A stretch of DNA of 64,000 nucleotides from an uncultured Gemmatimonadales bacterium (GCA_963821525.1 CAWGED010000014.1:1-64000); one strand, 5' to 3'; shown: positions 41,429 to 54,623, counted from the first letter of the stretch. Made by a program: numbers and translations. Notes: generated from the letters alone by a model not told the origin.

Positions 41429-42370
41429 ATGACGCTTCTCGCACTCGATCAAGTCACCAAGCGCTTCAACGGTATCCCCGCAGTCGACGCGGTCTCCTTC
41501 TCGGTGGATCGCGGTCAGGTCGTGGGATTTCTGGGGCCCAACGGGGCTGGGAAGTCCACCACGATGCGGATGATTACCCAATACCACGAGCCCGATCAGG
41601 GCCGCATCACCTTCGACGGCAAGCCCCTCTCGGAAGCGGGGTGTGAGGCGAAGCGTCGGGTGGGATACCTGCCGGAGAACAATCCCCTTTACGGCGACAT
41701 GCTGGTGGCGGAATATCTGGGGTTCGTCGCCCGGCTTCGGGATCTCGAAGGGACCGATCGCCGGCGCGCAACGGACCATGCCGTCGCGGCGACGGGTATT
41801 GACCAGGTGTTCTACCGGCCGATCGGGGAGTTGTCGAAGGGATACAAGCAGCGGGTCGGCCTCGCCGCTGCCATCCTGCCACAGCCCGATCTGCTGGTGC
41901 TGGACGAGCCGACCGAAGGCCTCGATCCCAACCAGCGGGTAGAAATTCGCCGCCTCATCAATGCGCTGGGACAGGACCGGACCGTTCTGCTCTCAACTCA
42001 CATTCTCTCTGAAGTGCAGTACACCTGCTCCCGGCTCCTCATCATCAACCGAGGCAAGATCGCGGCGGACGGGCCGGTCTCTGATCTGGTGAGCCGGGCG
42101 GGTGGAGAGGTGCGCATTTCGGTCGAGGCGTCGGGGCAGGGAATTGCCGATGGGCTCGCGGCGCTTCCCGGAGTTCTGGAATGCACTCCGCAAACGGAAA
42201 AGGAAGGACGGGTGAGCTTGATTCTTACCGCCAGCGCCGAGCAGGATCTCCGGCCGGAGATCTTCAGGCTGGCTTTATCCAGGGGATGGATCCTGTACGA
42301 ATTGCATCAGGAAGCCGGGAGCCTGGAAGATCTGTTCCGCCAGCTGACCGCTGCCGGGGAGGCCGCATGA
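41429..42370 (+). CDS. ABC transporter ATP-binding protein (GldA-like)
   Basis: GPNGAGKST, LSKGYKQRVG, LDEPT, STHIL. Confidence 0.93.
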   Translation: MTLLALDQVTKRFNGIPAVDAVSFSVDRGQVVGFLGPNGAGKSTTMRMITQYHEPDQGRITFDGKPLSEAGCEAKRRVGYLPENNPLYGDMLVAEYLGFVARLRDLEGTDRRRATDHAVAATGIDQVFYRPIGELSKGYKQRVGLAAAILPQPDLLVLDEPTEGLDPNQRVEIRRLINALGQDRTVLLSTHILSEVQYTCSRLLIINRGKIAADGPVSDLVSRAGGEVRISVEASGQGIADGLAALPGVLECTPQTEKEGRVSLILTASAEQDLRPEIFRLALSRGWILYELHQEAGSLEDLFRQLTAAGEAA

Positions 42371-44595
42371 AGGCGGTCTGGACCGTAGCTCGGCGAGAGC
42401 TCAAGGCGATGTTCGACACCCCGACCGGCTATGTGCTGCTGGTCGTCTTCATCGTCGCCAATTCGTTCCTGTTCTTCCGGCAGGCGTTCCTCTCGAGCAC
42501 GGCATCGCTCCGGCCGATGCTGGATCTTCTGCCGTGGCTCTACCTGTTCTTCGTGCCTGCGGTCGCCATGCGGAGCCTGGCGGAGGACACCCGGACCGGT
42601 CTGCTCGAGGTCATACTCTCGCAGCCTCTCACCGAGCTCGAGCTGCTGCTGGGCAAGTACCTCGGCACCGTGCTCTTCCTCGGTGTGGCGCTGCTCTGCA
42701 CCCTGCCGATTCCGCTCGCACTGGCGGTCGGCGCCGACCTGCAGTGGGGCCCGATCGTGGCCCAGTACGTCGGCTCGATGCTGCTCGGCGCGGGCCTCGC
42801 CGGCGTGGGTGTCTGGGCCTCGTGCCTCACTCGAAGCCAGATCACGGCGTTCATTACGGCGCTGGCCGTCTGCTTCATCCTGATCCTGGTGGGACTCAAT
42901 CCGCTCATCGTCGGTCTTCCCCCGCAGCTCGGGGCCGTGGCGGCTCGGTTGGGCGTGCTCTCGCACTTCGACAACATGGGCCGCGGCGTGATCGATCTGC
43001 GTGACGCGGTGTACTTCGTTTCGCTGGCCGGTGTCTTTCTGGTCCTGGCTTATGCCGCCCTCATGGGACGCAAGCTTGCCCCCGCGGGCAGCGCTCGCGG
43101 GCGCCTTCGGCTCGGTGCACTGCTTCTGGTCGGCACTCTCGTCGTCGTGAATCTGCTGGGGAGCTACATCGGCGGGCGTCTCGATCTCACTCCGGGACGG
43201 GCCTACACCCTGAACAAGGCGACCCGGGAGATTGCGGGCGGACTGCAGGACATCGTCACCATCAAGGTGTTCGCCTCGAAGGAGCTTCCGTCCGAAGTCG
43301 CCCTGATGCAGCGCGATCTCGACGATCTGCTTTCAGACCTGCGTGCTGCAGGCAAGGGGAAAATCCGGGTCATCGAACGCGATCCGGCTGACGATCCCGC
43401 ACTGCGGAGCGAGGCGCAGTCGCTGGGCATTCAGCCGGTGCAGTTCAACGTGGTGGGCAAGGCTGAGCTTCAGGTAAAGGAGGGGTACTTCGGCCTCGCG
43501 ATACAGTATGCCGATGGTGTCGAGCAGATCCCCTTCATTCAGCACACGGATGATCTGGAGTACCGGCTCGCTTCATCGATCCGGGCGCTCACCCGGGCCA
43601 AGAAGCCGGGCATCGGAATCGTCGCCGCGCCGGATTACCAGCGCCAGGGGACGGGCTTCGGCGTGCTCGAAGACCAGCTGAAGAAGAGCTACGACGTCCG
43701 GAGCGTCTCTCTGGCGGACTCAACCCAGCCGGCGGCGGATCTCTCCACCCTGGTTCTCACCGGATCTCCCGACTCCTTGCCGGCTCCGACTCTCGCCCGG
43801 CTCCGCGCCTTCCTGGATCGGGGCGGCAGTGTCCTGGTGCTTGCGGCCGGTGCCGAGGTCTCGCCGCAGGTTCCCCGCGCCATGACTCGGGCGCCGGTGT
43901 GGAATGACTTGCTCAAGCCCTACGGGCTGCAGATCCGCGCCGACATGGTGTACGACCTCGCCGCCAACCAGATCGTTCCCTTGCCGAGCGACATGGGCCA
44001 GGTGCTCCAGCCCTATCCACTCTGGCTCCGCGCAAGACCGACCAGCAGTGTCATCGGTGAGGGCGTGGGCGAGGTGTTCCTGCCATGGACCAGCAGCATT
44101 GATACGACTGGTGCCAAGGGTTCGGTGACGCCGCTCCTCCTCACCAGCAACGCAGCGGGGGTCGCGGAGCAGGAGGTGGATATCTCGCCGACCCGGGAAT
44201 TCCCGCCGGTCGATCTCAAGACCCGCATTCTCGCCGCCACCTCTTCCCTGTCGGCCAAGGACAGCACGGCACCCAAGGGACGAGTGGCTGTCGTCGGCAG
44301 CTCCGATTTCGTCTCGGACCGCTACGCCTCCCGCGCCACGCCGAACGTGGTCTTCACCCTGAACGCGATCGACTGGCTGGCGCAGGACGAAGCGCTCATT
44401 GCCATTCGTAGCCGTGACCGGCGGCCTCCACCGCTCGTGTACTCAAGTCCCGCGCTCCGCGAGGGTGTGAAGTACGCCAACGTCATTCTCCTGCCCGTGC
44501 TGATCATGCTCGGTGGCACGATTCATCTTCTCCGTCGCCGGCGGCAGGCCCAACAACCGTACCGGCAGCTCTCGCCCGCTTCGGAGGCAGCATGA
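42367..44595 (+). CDS. Fused ABC permease (GldF-like) and GldG-like auxiliary domain
   Basis: ARRELK..F..P..Y, GVIDLRD.VYF, RLDLT...YTL, EYRLASSI, NAIDWL..D..LI.IRSR. Confidence 0.88.
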   Translation: MKAVWTVARRELKAMFDTPTGYVLLVVFIVANSFLFFRQAFLSSTASLRPMLDLLPWLYLFFVPAVAMRSLAEDTRTGLLEVILSQPLTELELLLGKYLGTVLFLGVALLCTLPIPLALAVGADLQWGPIVAQYVGSMLLGAGLAGVGVWASCLTRSQITAFITALAVCFILILVGLNPLIVGLPPQLGAVAARLGVLSHFDNMGRGVIDLRDAVYFVSLAGVFLVLAYAALMGRKLAPAGSARGRLRLGALLLVGTLVVVNLLGSYIGGRLDLTPGRAYTLNKATREIAGGLQDIVTIKVFASKELPSEVALMQRDLDDLLSDLRAAGKGKIRVIERDPADDPALRSEAQSLGIQPVQFNVVGKAELQVKEGYFGLAIQYADGVEQIPFIQHTDDLEYRLASSIRALTRAKKPGIGIVAAPDYQRQGTGFGVLEDQLKKSYDVRSVSLADSTQPAADLSTLVLTGSPDSLPAPTLARLRAFLDRGGSVLVLAAGAEVSPQVPRAMTRAPVWNDLLKPYGLQIRADMVYDLAANQIVPLPSDMGQVLQPYPLWLRARPTSSVIGEGVGEVFLPWTSSIDTTGAKGSVTPLLLTSNAAGVAEQEVDISPTREFPPVDLKTRILAATSSLSAKDSTAPKGRVAVVGSSDFVSDRYASRATPNVVFTLNAIDWLAQDEALIAIRSRDRRPPPLVYSSPALREGVKYANVILLPVLIMLGGTIHLLRRRRQAQQPYRQLSPASEAA

Positions 44596-45527
44596 GCGCC
44601 AAACAGCTGCTTCGAATCGCGCTGGTGTTACTCGGTGCGATCGCGCTCTGGGGTGCTCTCGCCGTGGCAAAAAAGTCTCGGCAGGAACGTCCGTCGCGCA
44701 TGGTGCTTCCCGTGCTCGACAGCGCGTCCATCAACCGGATCGACATCCGCAAAGGCGCCGACTCGGTAGTGTTGATCAAGTCCGCGACCGGCTGGACGGT
44801 GAACGGCTGGACCGCGGCTCCCGCGGAAATGAGTGACTGGTTTACCGCTCTGGCCGATACGAATGCCCGGAGCGATCTCGCCGCCCAGAGCGAAGCCCTG
44901 CACCAACGACTCGGCGTGGACAGCGCCGGGCGGAAGGTGGTTCTGCAGGCCGGCGATAAGACGCTGGCAACGCTCGTGGTCGGGAACCGAGGGCCAGACT
45001 TCGAAGGGATCTACGTTCGCCGCGTGGAGTCGCCCGAGGTGTATCTCTCCCATGCCAGGTGGGCCGAGATGGCGGGCCGCGCGGCCGATGAATGGCGAGA
45101 CAAGCAGATCGCGAAGGTGGCAGCCGACAGCATTAAGGAAATCGCCGTCAGCCGGGCTTCCGGGAAGTTTACCGTGATCAAGGACGGCGGTTGGAAGTTC
45201 AAGTCGGGAGGCTCCGGGACGCCGGACAGTGCGGCCTCGGCCCGCTTCGCCGCGGCCTTTGGCGATCTCCACGCGATGGGTTTTGCCAATCCCGCACTCG
45301 CCGACACGCTGCGTCACGCCAAGCCCTGGCGTAGTGTTCGGGTGATCAATGCAGCCGGCGCTACGCTACTCTCAGTGGAACTCGATTCGACCGCGGCGGG
45401 ATTCTGGCTTCGGCCTGATAGCGGTGGCGTCGTGTATCGGGTTGATCAGTCGGTCACCGAGGCGATTGCACCGGCAGCTTCGGCACTCGCGGCGCCCAAG
45501 GCTCAGGGAGTAGGGAGTGGGGTGTAG
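44592..45527 (+). CDS. DUF4340-like periplasmic protein
   Basis: N-terminal anchor, LVVGN..YVRR..EVY, WRDKQI; typical position after GldG. Confidence 0.8.
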   Translation: MSAKQLLRIALVLLGAIALWGALAVAKKSRQERPSRMVLPVLDSASINRIDIRKGADSVVLIKSATGWTVNGWTAAPAEMSDWFTALADTNARSDLAAQSEALHQRLGVDSAGRKVVLQAGDKTLATLVVGNRGPDFEGIYVRRVESPEVYLSHARWAEMAGRAADEWRDKQIAKVAADSIKEIAVSRASGKFTVIKDGGWKFKSGGSGTPDSAASARFAAAFGDLHAMGFANPALADTLRHAKPWRSVRVINAAGATLLSVELDSTAAGFWLRPDSGGVVYRVDQSVTEAIAPAASALAAPKAQGVGSGV

Positions 45528-45593
45528 GGAGTAGGGAGTGAGAATGGTCACACGATCCGTTCCTGACTCCCTACTCCCTACTCCCTACTCCCT
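45505..45593. repeat. Inverted heptamer arrays (AGGGAGT)5 ... (ACTCCCT)4
   Basis: Left arm 45505-45539, right arm 45566-45593; overlaps the stops of both convergent genes. Confidence 0.92.
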
Positions 45594-46528
45594 ATTTCAC
45601 TCCCCACCACCTCCACCACTTCCTCTCCGTCGTCACCGGCGCCGACTTGGAATCCCGCAGATAGCCCGACGGCACCTTGATCTCGCCCGTCGGCCGAGTC
45701 TTGGCCGCGATGTCGATGAGATCCTCGAGTAGTGTCTGTGCCTTCGGATAGCGGTCGTCGGGATGCTTGGCGAGCAGCTTGAGGATGATGCGCTCGAACC
45801 GCTTGGAGATCTCCGGCCGGCGCGCTCGGGGTGGCTCGGGTGGCGTCTCCACGTGCATGCGCGCCAGCTCGAACCAATCTTTCGATCTGAACGGCAGGTC
45901 CCCGGTCGTCGCGCGGTACAGTGTGATCCCCAGCGAATAGAGATCCGAGCGCCCGTCGAGCGGCCTCCCCTGTGCCTGCTCCGGCGAGATGTAGGCCGGT
46001 GTGCCGATCGTCATGTTGAATCCGGTCGCGGCCACGTAACCGCTCACTGCCCGCGCCACGCCGAAATCGGTGAGTACCGGTCTCCCGTCTTCGGCGAAGA
46101 GGATGTTGTCCGGCTTGATATCGCGATGCACGATATCCTGGTCATGCGCAAAGCCGAGCGCCTCGGCGACACCGATCGCGATGGGGACCACATCCGATTC
46201 CGCCATCACCGGCTCCCGCTGGTTTCGGGCGGCGAGGCTGTCGGGATAGAGGTCCATCACGAAGAAGACCATTCCCCCTTCGGTCCCGACCTCTTCGATG
46301 TGAACGATGTTGGGATGTCGTAACCCTGCCGCGAGAGAGGCCTCCTGCCGGAAACGGGTTTCGAAGGCCGGGTCCGAACCATACCTGTGCTTTAAGACTT
46401 TGAGCAGCAAATGACTTACCGTCGTCGCGCCGGGCGTGATACACCCAAGCGAAGCCTCCCTGACCCTGGAGTTCGGTGAGTTGGTAGCGGCCGAGTTGGG
46501 TTCCGGGGGCGGGTGCGTCGGTCTGCAT
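45592..46528 (-). CDS. Hanks-type Ser/Thr protein kinase; frameshift near 46410
   Basis: GQGGFAWVY, LKVL, HRDIKPDNIL, DFG, GTPAYISPEQ. Confidence 0.92.
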
Positions 46529-46632
46529 TCCGGGGTTGCCGGTGAGGTTGGCGAGGGGTTATTTTGTTGTGCTACTTACGAATAGCGTACACGACGCAGG
46601 CCCTCGCGACACCGCAAGAGGATACACGAGGA

Positions 46633-46893
46633 ATGGGCTTTGACAAGCAGGCGATCATCGCCAAGCAGCGGCTCCACGACAGCGATACCGGTTCCGCCAA
46701 GGTGCAGATCTCGCTCCTGACCGAGCGGATCAACTCACTAACCGATCACTTCCGCACCCACCCCAAGGATCATCACGGTCGCCGGGGTCTGCTCAAGATG
46801 GTCGGCACCCGCCGTCGCCTCCTCAACTACCTCAAGCAGAACGATCTCGCCACGTACCGGACCCTGATCGACGCATTGGGTCTCCGACACTAA
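46633..46893 (+). CDS. rpsO: 30S ribosomal protein S15
   Basis: [23 protein letters not shown]. Confidence 0.97.
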   Translation: MGFDKQAIIAKQRLHDSDTGSAKVQISLLTERINSLTDHFRTHPKDHHGRRGLLKMVGTRRRLLNYLKQNDLATYRTLIDALGLRH

Positions 46894-46911
46894 CGCGATA
46901 TCAAGGGCCAG

Positions 46912-46941
46912 GGGCGTCTCGACCGGCACGTCGGGACGCCC
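46912..46941 (+). other. rpsO-pnp intergenic stem-loop (terminator or RNase III site)
   Basis: GGGCGTCTCGAC-CGGCAC-GTCGGGACGCCC. Confidence 0.55.
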
Positions 46942-46984
46942 TCGACGCATTTGGGTGCTTCTCACCTGGAAAGAAATCGAGTTT

Positions 46985-49076
<2,092 letters not shown>

Positions 49077-49083
49077 CAGCCGC

Positions 49084-50340
49084 GTGGAAACCGTCCAGCT
49101 CGACACCGGCCTCCACAGTACCCGGGCACCCAACGGCCTTACGGTCCTCACCGAGGTCCTGCCCGGGGTCCGTTCCGCCGCGGTGGGCGTTTGGGTCAGG
49201 TCCGCCAGCGCCCACGAGCCGCGCGCCAAGATGGGCGTATCCCACCTGCTCGAGCACATGGTGTTCAAGGGGACCGAGCGCCGGAACGCCAGGGAGCTCG
49301 CGCTCGAGCTCGAGGTCCGGGGCGGTTCCCTCGATGCCTATACCAGCCGCGACCACACCCACTACCAGGCTCACGTCCTCGATCAGAACCTTCCCGAGGC
49401 GGTCGATGTCCTGACCGACCTGGTGCACCGTCCCTTGCTCCGGGCCAGCGATCTCGACTTGGAGCGGAACGTGGTGCTGGAGGAGATCTCCACGGTGGAG
49501 GACACGCCGGATGATCTCGTCTTCGAGCTGTTCTCCGAACGGCTGTGGCCCGAACATCCCTACGGCTACTCGATCCTGGGCACGCGCGACACCGTCAGCG
49601 CCCTGGGCCCCGGCGATCTCCAGGCCCTCCATCGGGCCGGGTACTATCGCGGCAACTGCGTGGTTGCGGCGGCGGGCTGTCTCCAGCATGATCGTGTCCT
49701 CGAATTGCTCGAGCACGAGGGCTGGTTCGCCGGCGGCACTGCCGAGCCGCCTCTCCCGCCAGTGGCTTCAGTGCCGGCGGTCCGCGGTGCCGACGTCAGC
49801 ATCGCGCGGGATTCGAACCAGACTCATCTGGTCTTCGGCTCCGACACCTTCCCCTATCGGGACCGGCGGCGGTTCGCTCTCTCGATCGTGACCAACGTGT
49901 TCGGGGGCGGGATGTCGAGCCGGCTGTTCCAGTCGATCCGGGAAGAGCTGGGCCTGGCCTACGGGGTCTACGCCTATCAGCAGTTCTTCCAGACCGCGGG
50001 AATTGCGGGAGTGTACGTCGGTACCCAACCCGCGACGGCCGCGCAGGCGGAGGAAGCGATTCGCGCCCAGTATCGTCGCCTGGCGAATGAAGGACTCCCG
50101 GCCGAGGAGCTGGCAAGCGGCAAGCAGCAGCTCAAGGGGCAGTTGATGCTCTCGTTGGAGAGCCCGGCCAGCCGGATGAATCGTCTGGCAAGCATCACCC
50201 TGCACGGCGAGCCGTATCGCAACCTGGAAGCGCTTCTGGCGGAGATTGATGCAGTCACGGTTGACCAGGTCGCGGCGCTCACTGCTGAGTATTTCGATCC
50301 GGATCGACAGACAGTTGTAAGGCTGGGACCAGAGCAGTGA
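49084..50340 (+). CDS. M16-family (pitrilysin) zinc peptidase
   Basis: HLLEHMVFKGT, GGGMSSRLFQSIRE. Confidence 0.93.
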   Translation: METVQLDTGLHSTRAPNGLTVLTEVLPGVRSAAVGVWVRSASAHEPRAKMGVSHLLEHMVFKGTERRNARELALELEVRGGSLDAYTSRDHTHYQAHVLDQNLPEAVDVLTDLVHRPLLRASDLDLERNVVLEEISTVEDTPDDLVFELFSERLWPEHPYGYSILGTRDTVSALGPGDLQALHRAGYYRGNCVVAAAGCLQHDRVLELLEHEGWFAGGTAEPPLPPVASVPAVRGADVSIARDSNQTHLVFGSDTFPYRDRRRFALSIVTNVFGGGMSSRLFQSIREELGLAYGVYAYQQFFQTAGIAGVYVGTQPATAAQAEEAIRAQYRRLANEGLPAEELASGKQQLKGQLMLSLESPASRMNRLASITLHGEPYRNLEALLAEIDAVTVDQVAALTAEYFDPDRQTVVRLGPEQ

Positions 50341-50440
50341 ACGGTGAACGGCTAACGGTGAATGGGGTCGCGCCCGCTCACCGCTTACCGCTCACCGCTC
50401 ACTAACTACCGTTCCCCGTTCCCCGTTCACCGTTCACCGC
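50337..50440. repeat. Inverted heptamer arrays (GTGAACG)4 ... (CGYTCAC)9
   Basis: Left arm 50337-50364 includes the peptidase stop; right arm 50375-50440. Confidence 0.92.
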
Positions 50441-50450
50441 AGGTCGGGCC

Positions 50451-51563
50451 ATGATCATCGGCGTCCCCAAGGAAATCAAAACCAACGAGAACCGGATTGC
50501 GCTGGTGCCTGCCGGCGCCGAATCGTTTGTCGGACTGGGACACACGGTCTACGTGGAGAAGGGAGCCGGGGTCGGCAGCGGGTTTCCCGACGAGGACTAT
50601 GTCGAGGCCGGCGCCAAGATGCTCCCCACCGCCGACGAGGTCTGGGCCAAGGCGGAGATGATCATCAAGGTCAAGGAGCCGATCGCGGTGGAGTATCCCC
50701 GCATGCGCGCCGGCCAGGTGATCTACACCTACTTCCACTTCGCGGCGGATGAGGCCCTGACGAAAGCGGTGGTGAAGTCGGGCGCCATCGCGGTCGCCTA
50801 CGAAACCGTCCAGCTGCCCAGCGGCGAGCTTCCGCTACTCACGCCCATGTCGGAAGTCGCCGGGCGCATGGCAGTGCAGGAGGGCGCCAAGTACCTGGAG
50901 AAAGTCTTCGGCGGAAGCGGCATTCTGCTCGGCGGAGTGCCGGGTGTGGCCCCAGGCGAAGTGGTCATTATCGGCGGCGGTGTCGTCGGAATCAACGCCG
51001 CGAAGATGGCGGCCGGTCTCGGCGCACACGTCACGATTCTCGATATCTCGCTCGACCGGTTGCGCTACCTGGACGATGTGCTGCCGGCCAATGTGGACAC
51101 GGCCTACTCGAACCGGCACAACATTCTTGCCTGTATCCGCCGGGCCGACCTCGTGGTGGGAGCCGTGCTTCTGCCCGGCGCCAAGGCCCCACACCTGGTC
51201 AAGCGGGCTGACCTCAAGCTGATGAAGCCGGGCTCGGTGATCGTGGACGTCGCGGTGGACCAGGGCGGTTGTGTCGAGACCATCAAGCCCACGACCCACG
51301 AAGACCCGACCTACTTCGTGGATGGCATCCTCCACTACGCCGTAGCCAACATGCCGGGCGGAGTCCCCCGGACCTCCACCCTGGCTCTCACCAACGCGAC
51401 GCTCCCCTACGGACTCAAGCTCGCGAAGCAGGGCTGGAAGAAAGCCTGCGCCGCCGACCCGTCCCTCAAACTCGGCCTCAACGTGGTCGAGGGGAAAGTG
51501 GTGTATCCGGGAGTGGCGGAGGCGTTTGGGTTGCCACTGAGTTCGGTGGATTCAGTTCTTTAG
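50451..51563 (+). CDS. ald: Alanine dehydrogenase
   Basis: [34 protein letters not shown]. Confidence 0.96.
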   Translation: MIIGVPKEIKTNENRIALVPAGAESFVGLGHTVYVEKGAGVGSGFPDEDYVEAGAKMLPTADEVWAKAEMIIKVKEPIAVEYPRMRAGQVIYTYFHFAADEALTKAVVKSGAIAVAYETVQLPSGELPLLTPMSEVAGRMAVQEGAKYLEKVFGGSGILLGGVPGVAPGEVVIIGGGVVGINAAKMAAGLGAHVTILDISLDRLRYLDDVLPANVDTAYSNRHNILACIRRADLVVGAVLLPGAKAPHLVKRADLKLMKPGSVIVDVAVDQGGCVETIKPTTHEDPTYFVDGILHYAVANMPGGVPRTSTLALTNATLPYGLKLAKQGWKKACAADPSLKLGLNVVEGKVVYPGVAEAFGLPLSSVDSVL

Positions 51564-51565
51564 AC

Positions 51566-51660
51566 GGCGGACAAGGCGGACAGGACGGACGGGGCGGGTA
51601 ACTGCCTGTCCGCCCTGTTCCACCCGACCGCCCTGTTCGTCTGGACGTCCTGACCGCCAC
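51566..51660. repeat. Inverted 9-mer arrays (GGCGGACAR)n ... (CTGTCCGCC)n
   Basis: Left arm 51566-51601, right arm 51606-51641 and beyond; same unit as at 2953, 3980 and 30260. Confidence 0.85.
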
Positions 51661-51676
51661 ATCCGCACCGACCACT

Positions 51677-52130
51677 ATGATCGACATCCAATTCACCCGT
51701 CTCCCGCACGGCGAAGGTCTCCCCGTCCCCAACCGGGCGACCGAAGGGGCCGCCGGCTACGACGTCGTCAGTGCCGACGACGGCGATCTGGCTCCCTTGG
51801 AAAGGAAGCTCTTCCGGACCGGCTTTCGGCTGGCGATTCCGGCGGGTTACGAGTGCCAGGTACGGCCCCGGTCCGGGCTGGCGCTCAAGCACGGGATCAG
51901 TTTGCCCAACACGCCCGGCCACGATCGACAGCGATTATCGCGGCGAGTTGATGATCGCACTGATCAACCTGAGCCAGGAGCCGTTTCAGGTGACTCGGGG
52001 GATGCGGATTGCCCAACTGGTCTTCGCGCGGGTGGCCGACGCCGCCTTCCGGGAGGTGGAGGAGCTGCCCAGTTCAGCCCGCGGTGAGGGGGGATTCGGC
52101 AGTACTGGAACTGGACGGTTGGTTGGGTGA
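51677..52130 (+). CDS. dut: dUTP diphosphatase; frameshift near 51918
   Basis: [36 protein letters not shown]. Confidence 0.94.
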
Positions 52131-52245
52131 CCTGGAGCCCCCTTGGTGACCCAGCGCACCGACGGGGCCAAGCTAACTTGTCGTCTTGTCCCATCTTACA
52201 GCCCCCGTTAGCTTACCCGCACCACCCGTCTTCCCTGGCTCCGGA

Positions 52246-53283
52246 ATGAAGTTTTCTCAGCTAAAATTTGGCGCTTTTCTGCCCGCCAATGAGATCGCTG
52301 TCGATCTCGGCACCGCGAACACTCTGGTGTACGTAAAGGGCGAAGGCATCGTCCTGAACGAGCCATCAGTGGTCGCGATTGAAAAGTCCACGGGACGACC
52401 GAAGGGCTACGGGCTTGAAGCGAAGCGCATGTTGGGTCGCACACCGGACAACATTGTCGCGGTGCGTCCGCTGAAGGACGGCGTCATCGCCGACTTCGAC
52501 GTGACCGAGAAGATGTTGCGCTACTTCCTGAAGCAGATCATCGACAAACACGTCTTCAAAGTGCGCCCCAAGGTGATCGTGTGCGTGCCGTCCGGCATCA
52601 CCGAGGTGGAGCGCCGCGCGGTGCGCGACTCGGCCGAGACCGCGGGCGCCAAGCAGGTGCACATGGTGGCGGAACCGATGGCTGCCGCGATCGGCGTGGG
52701 GCTGCCGGTCGAGACGCCCACCGGCAACATGGTGATCGACATCGGCGGCGGGACCACCGAAATCGCGGTGATCGCTTTGTCCGGCATCGTCTCCGACACC
52801 TCGATCAGAGTCGGTGGCGACGAGCTCGATCAGGCCATCGTGCAGTTCATGCGGAAGAACTACAACCTCCTCGTCGGCGAACCGACCGCGGAAGCCATCA
52901 AGATCAAAATCGGCTCCGCTGCTCCAGTGGGAGAGGAGCGGGAGATGGAAGTGAAGGGCCGCGACCTCGTCTCGGGCATTCCGAAGACGGTCCGGGTCCA
53001 TTCCAGCGAGATCCGGGAAGCGGTGCAGGAGCCGATTCAGCAGATCGTGGACGCGGTGCGGCGCGCCCTTGAAATCACGCCGCCCGAGCTTGCGAGCGAC
53101 ATCGTAGACCGTGGCATCATCATGACCGGCGGCGGCGCGCTGATCCGGGGGCTGGACATCCTGCTCGCGCAGGAGACCGGGCTGCCGATCCATGTCGACG
53201 AAGATCCGCTGACGTGTGTGGTTCGCGGGGCGGGCCGGATCCTCGACGACTTCGAAAAGTACCGCAGCGTCCTTTCGCTCTGA
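52246..53283 (+). CDS. mreB: Rod shape-determining protein MreB
   Basis: DLGTANT, EPMAAAIG, DIGGGTTE, TGGGAL. Confidence 0.97.
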   Translation: MKFSQLKFGAFLPANEIAVDLGTANTLVYVKGEGIVLNEPSVVAIEKSTGRPKGYGLEAKRMLGRTPDNIVAVRPLKDGVIADFDVTEKMLRYFLKQIIDKHVFKVRPKVIVCVPSGITEVERRAVRDSAETAGAKQVHMVAEPMAAAIGVGLPVETPTGNMVIDIGGGTTEIAVIALSGIVSDTSIRVGGDELDQAIVQFMRKNYNLLVGEPTAEAIKIKIGSAAPVGEEREMEVKGRDLVSGIPKTVRVHSSEIREAVQEPIQQIVDAVRRALEITPPELASDIVDRGIIMTGGGALIRGLDILLAQETGLPIHVDEDPLTCVVRGAGRILDDFEKYRSVLSL

Positions 53284-53285
53284 TC

Positions 53286-54129
53286 ATGGCGGGGACGGAT
53301 CGTTCTCTCTCCCGCCACGATACACTCCTTCTCCTCGTGTGTGTGGGATTATCGGTGGGAGCGCTCTCCGCGCCTCCCGCCGTGGGCGAGGCCATCGCCA
53401 CTGGCGTGCGCCAGACCATCCTGGTTCCCTTCCTGTGGTTGCAGAAGCGCGCCGAGGAGTCACGCACCAGCCGCGCGGTGGTGGAGAATCTCCGGGCCGC
53501 GCACGACTCCGCCGCGATCCTCGTCCAGGCGCTGCCCGCGCTCGAAGAGGAGAACGCCCGGCTCCGCGCTCTGCTCGGCTCTCGGCCAGCGGCTCACGAC
53601 GCCTTATGTCGCGGCCGAAGTGCTCCACCAGTCGCTGCCGACCGATGGACGGACCCTGATCCTCTCGGCGGGATCGGATGCCGGGGTGCACCCCTACGAT
53701 CCCGTGGTCTCGCCAGAAGGCCTGATTGGAGTGGTGCGGACGGTGGAGAAGGACCAGAGCGTCGCGATGACCTGGGCCCATCCGGAGTTCCGCGCCAGTG
53801 CCTACGCGGTCCCCGGCGACGTCTTCGGCATCGTGGCACCCTCGGTGCAGATCTCGGGCAGCGAGATGCTGCTTCAGCTCCGTGGTGTCGCTTACCGTGA
53901 CTCAGTCCCGACCGGAACGGCGGTCGTCACCTCCGGCCTTGGCGGCGTGTATCCCCCGGGGCTCCCGGTGGGAACCGTAATCAGCCACGCCGAAGAAGCC
54001 GCGGGCTGGGAACGGGTCTATCTCATTCGCCCGGCGGCGAACCCGGAGCTAGTGACCCACGTTCTCATCTTGCGCAAACCCGGTCCGGAATCGGTCGCTC
54101 CCGCGTTTCATCCGGATTCGCTCCCGTGA
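53286..54129 (+). CDS. mreC: Rod shape-determining protein MreC; frameshift near 53580
   Basis: EENARLRALL, VVTSGLGGVYPPGLPVG; operon position. Confidence 0.9.
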
Positions 54130-54623
54130 TCATCCTGCGCTCCGATCGCAGGCGGCTGCTGCTCGCGCTCGGCCTCCTGCTTCTGCTGCACTTCACGTTG
54201 CGGCCGAGATTCGGCCATCCGGAGTCGGCTCCCGATTTCCTCCTGCTGGCGTTGCTGGTCTTCTCGATCCGGAGCCGGCCGGGTGCCGCGGCCGTCATGG
54301 GATTCATCGTCGGCGTGCTGGGGGACTCGCTCACTCCGGCCCGATTCGGCGCCGGCGCCCTGGCCCACACCGTGGTGGGCTATCTCACCGCCTGGGGCAG
54401 GGCAGTATTTTTCGCCGATAACCTGATGGTGAACGGTGCCGTGTTCTTCGCCGGCACCTGGTTGCGCAATCTGATCGTATTGATGGCCAGCGGTGGTCCG
54501 GGCGACGGCCTGATGCGGCAACTGTTGATCTGGTCTCCTCTGCAGTCGCTCACCACGGCGATCAGCGGCGCAATCTTCCTCACCTTGTTCCGACGCTGGC
54601 TGGATATCAGGCTCGAGGAATGA
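54126..54623 (+). CDS. mreD: Rod shape-determining protein MreD
   Basis: Hydrophobic; PDFLLL, GFIVG..D; operon position. Confidence 0.88.
   Translation: MIILRSDRRRLLLALGLLLLLHFTLRPRFGHPESAPDFLLLALLVFSIRSRPGAAAVMGFIVGVLGDSLTPARFGAGALAHTVVGYLTAWGRAVFFADNLMVNGAVFFAGTWLRNLIVLMASGGPGDGLMRQLLIWSPLQSLTTAISGAIFLTLFRRWLDIRLEE

Noticed and set aside
46580..46632. S15 autoregulatory leader upstream of rpsO
   Set aside because: Only a weak hairpin is visible; needs a covariance-model search
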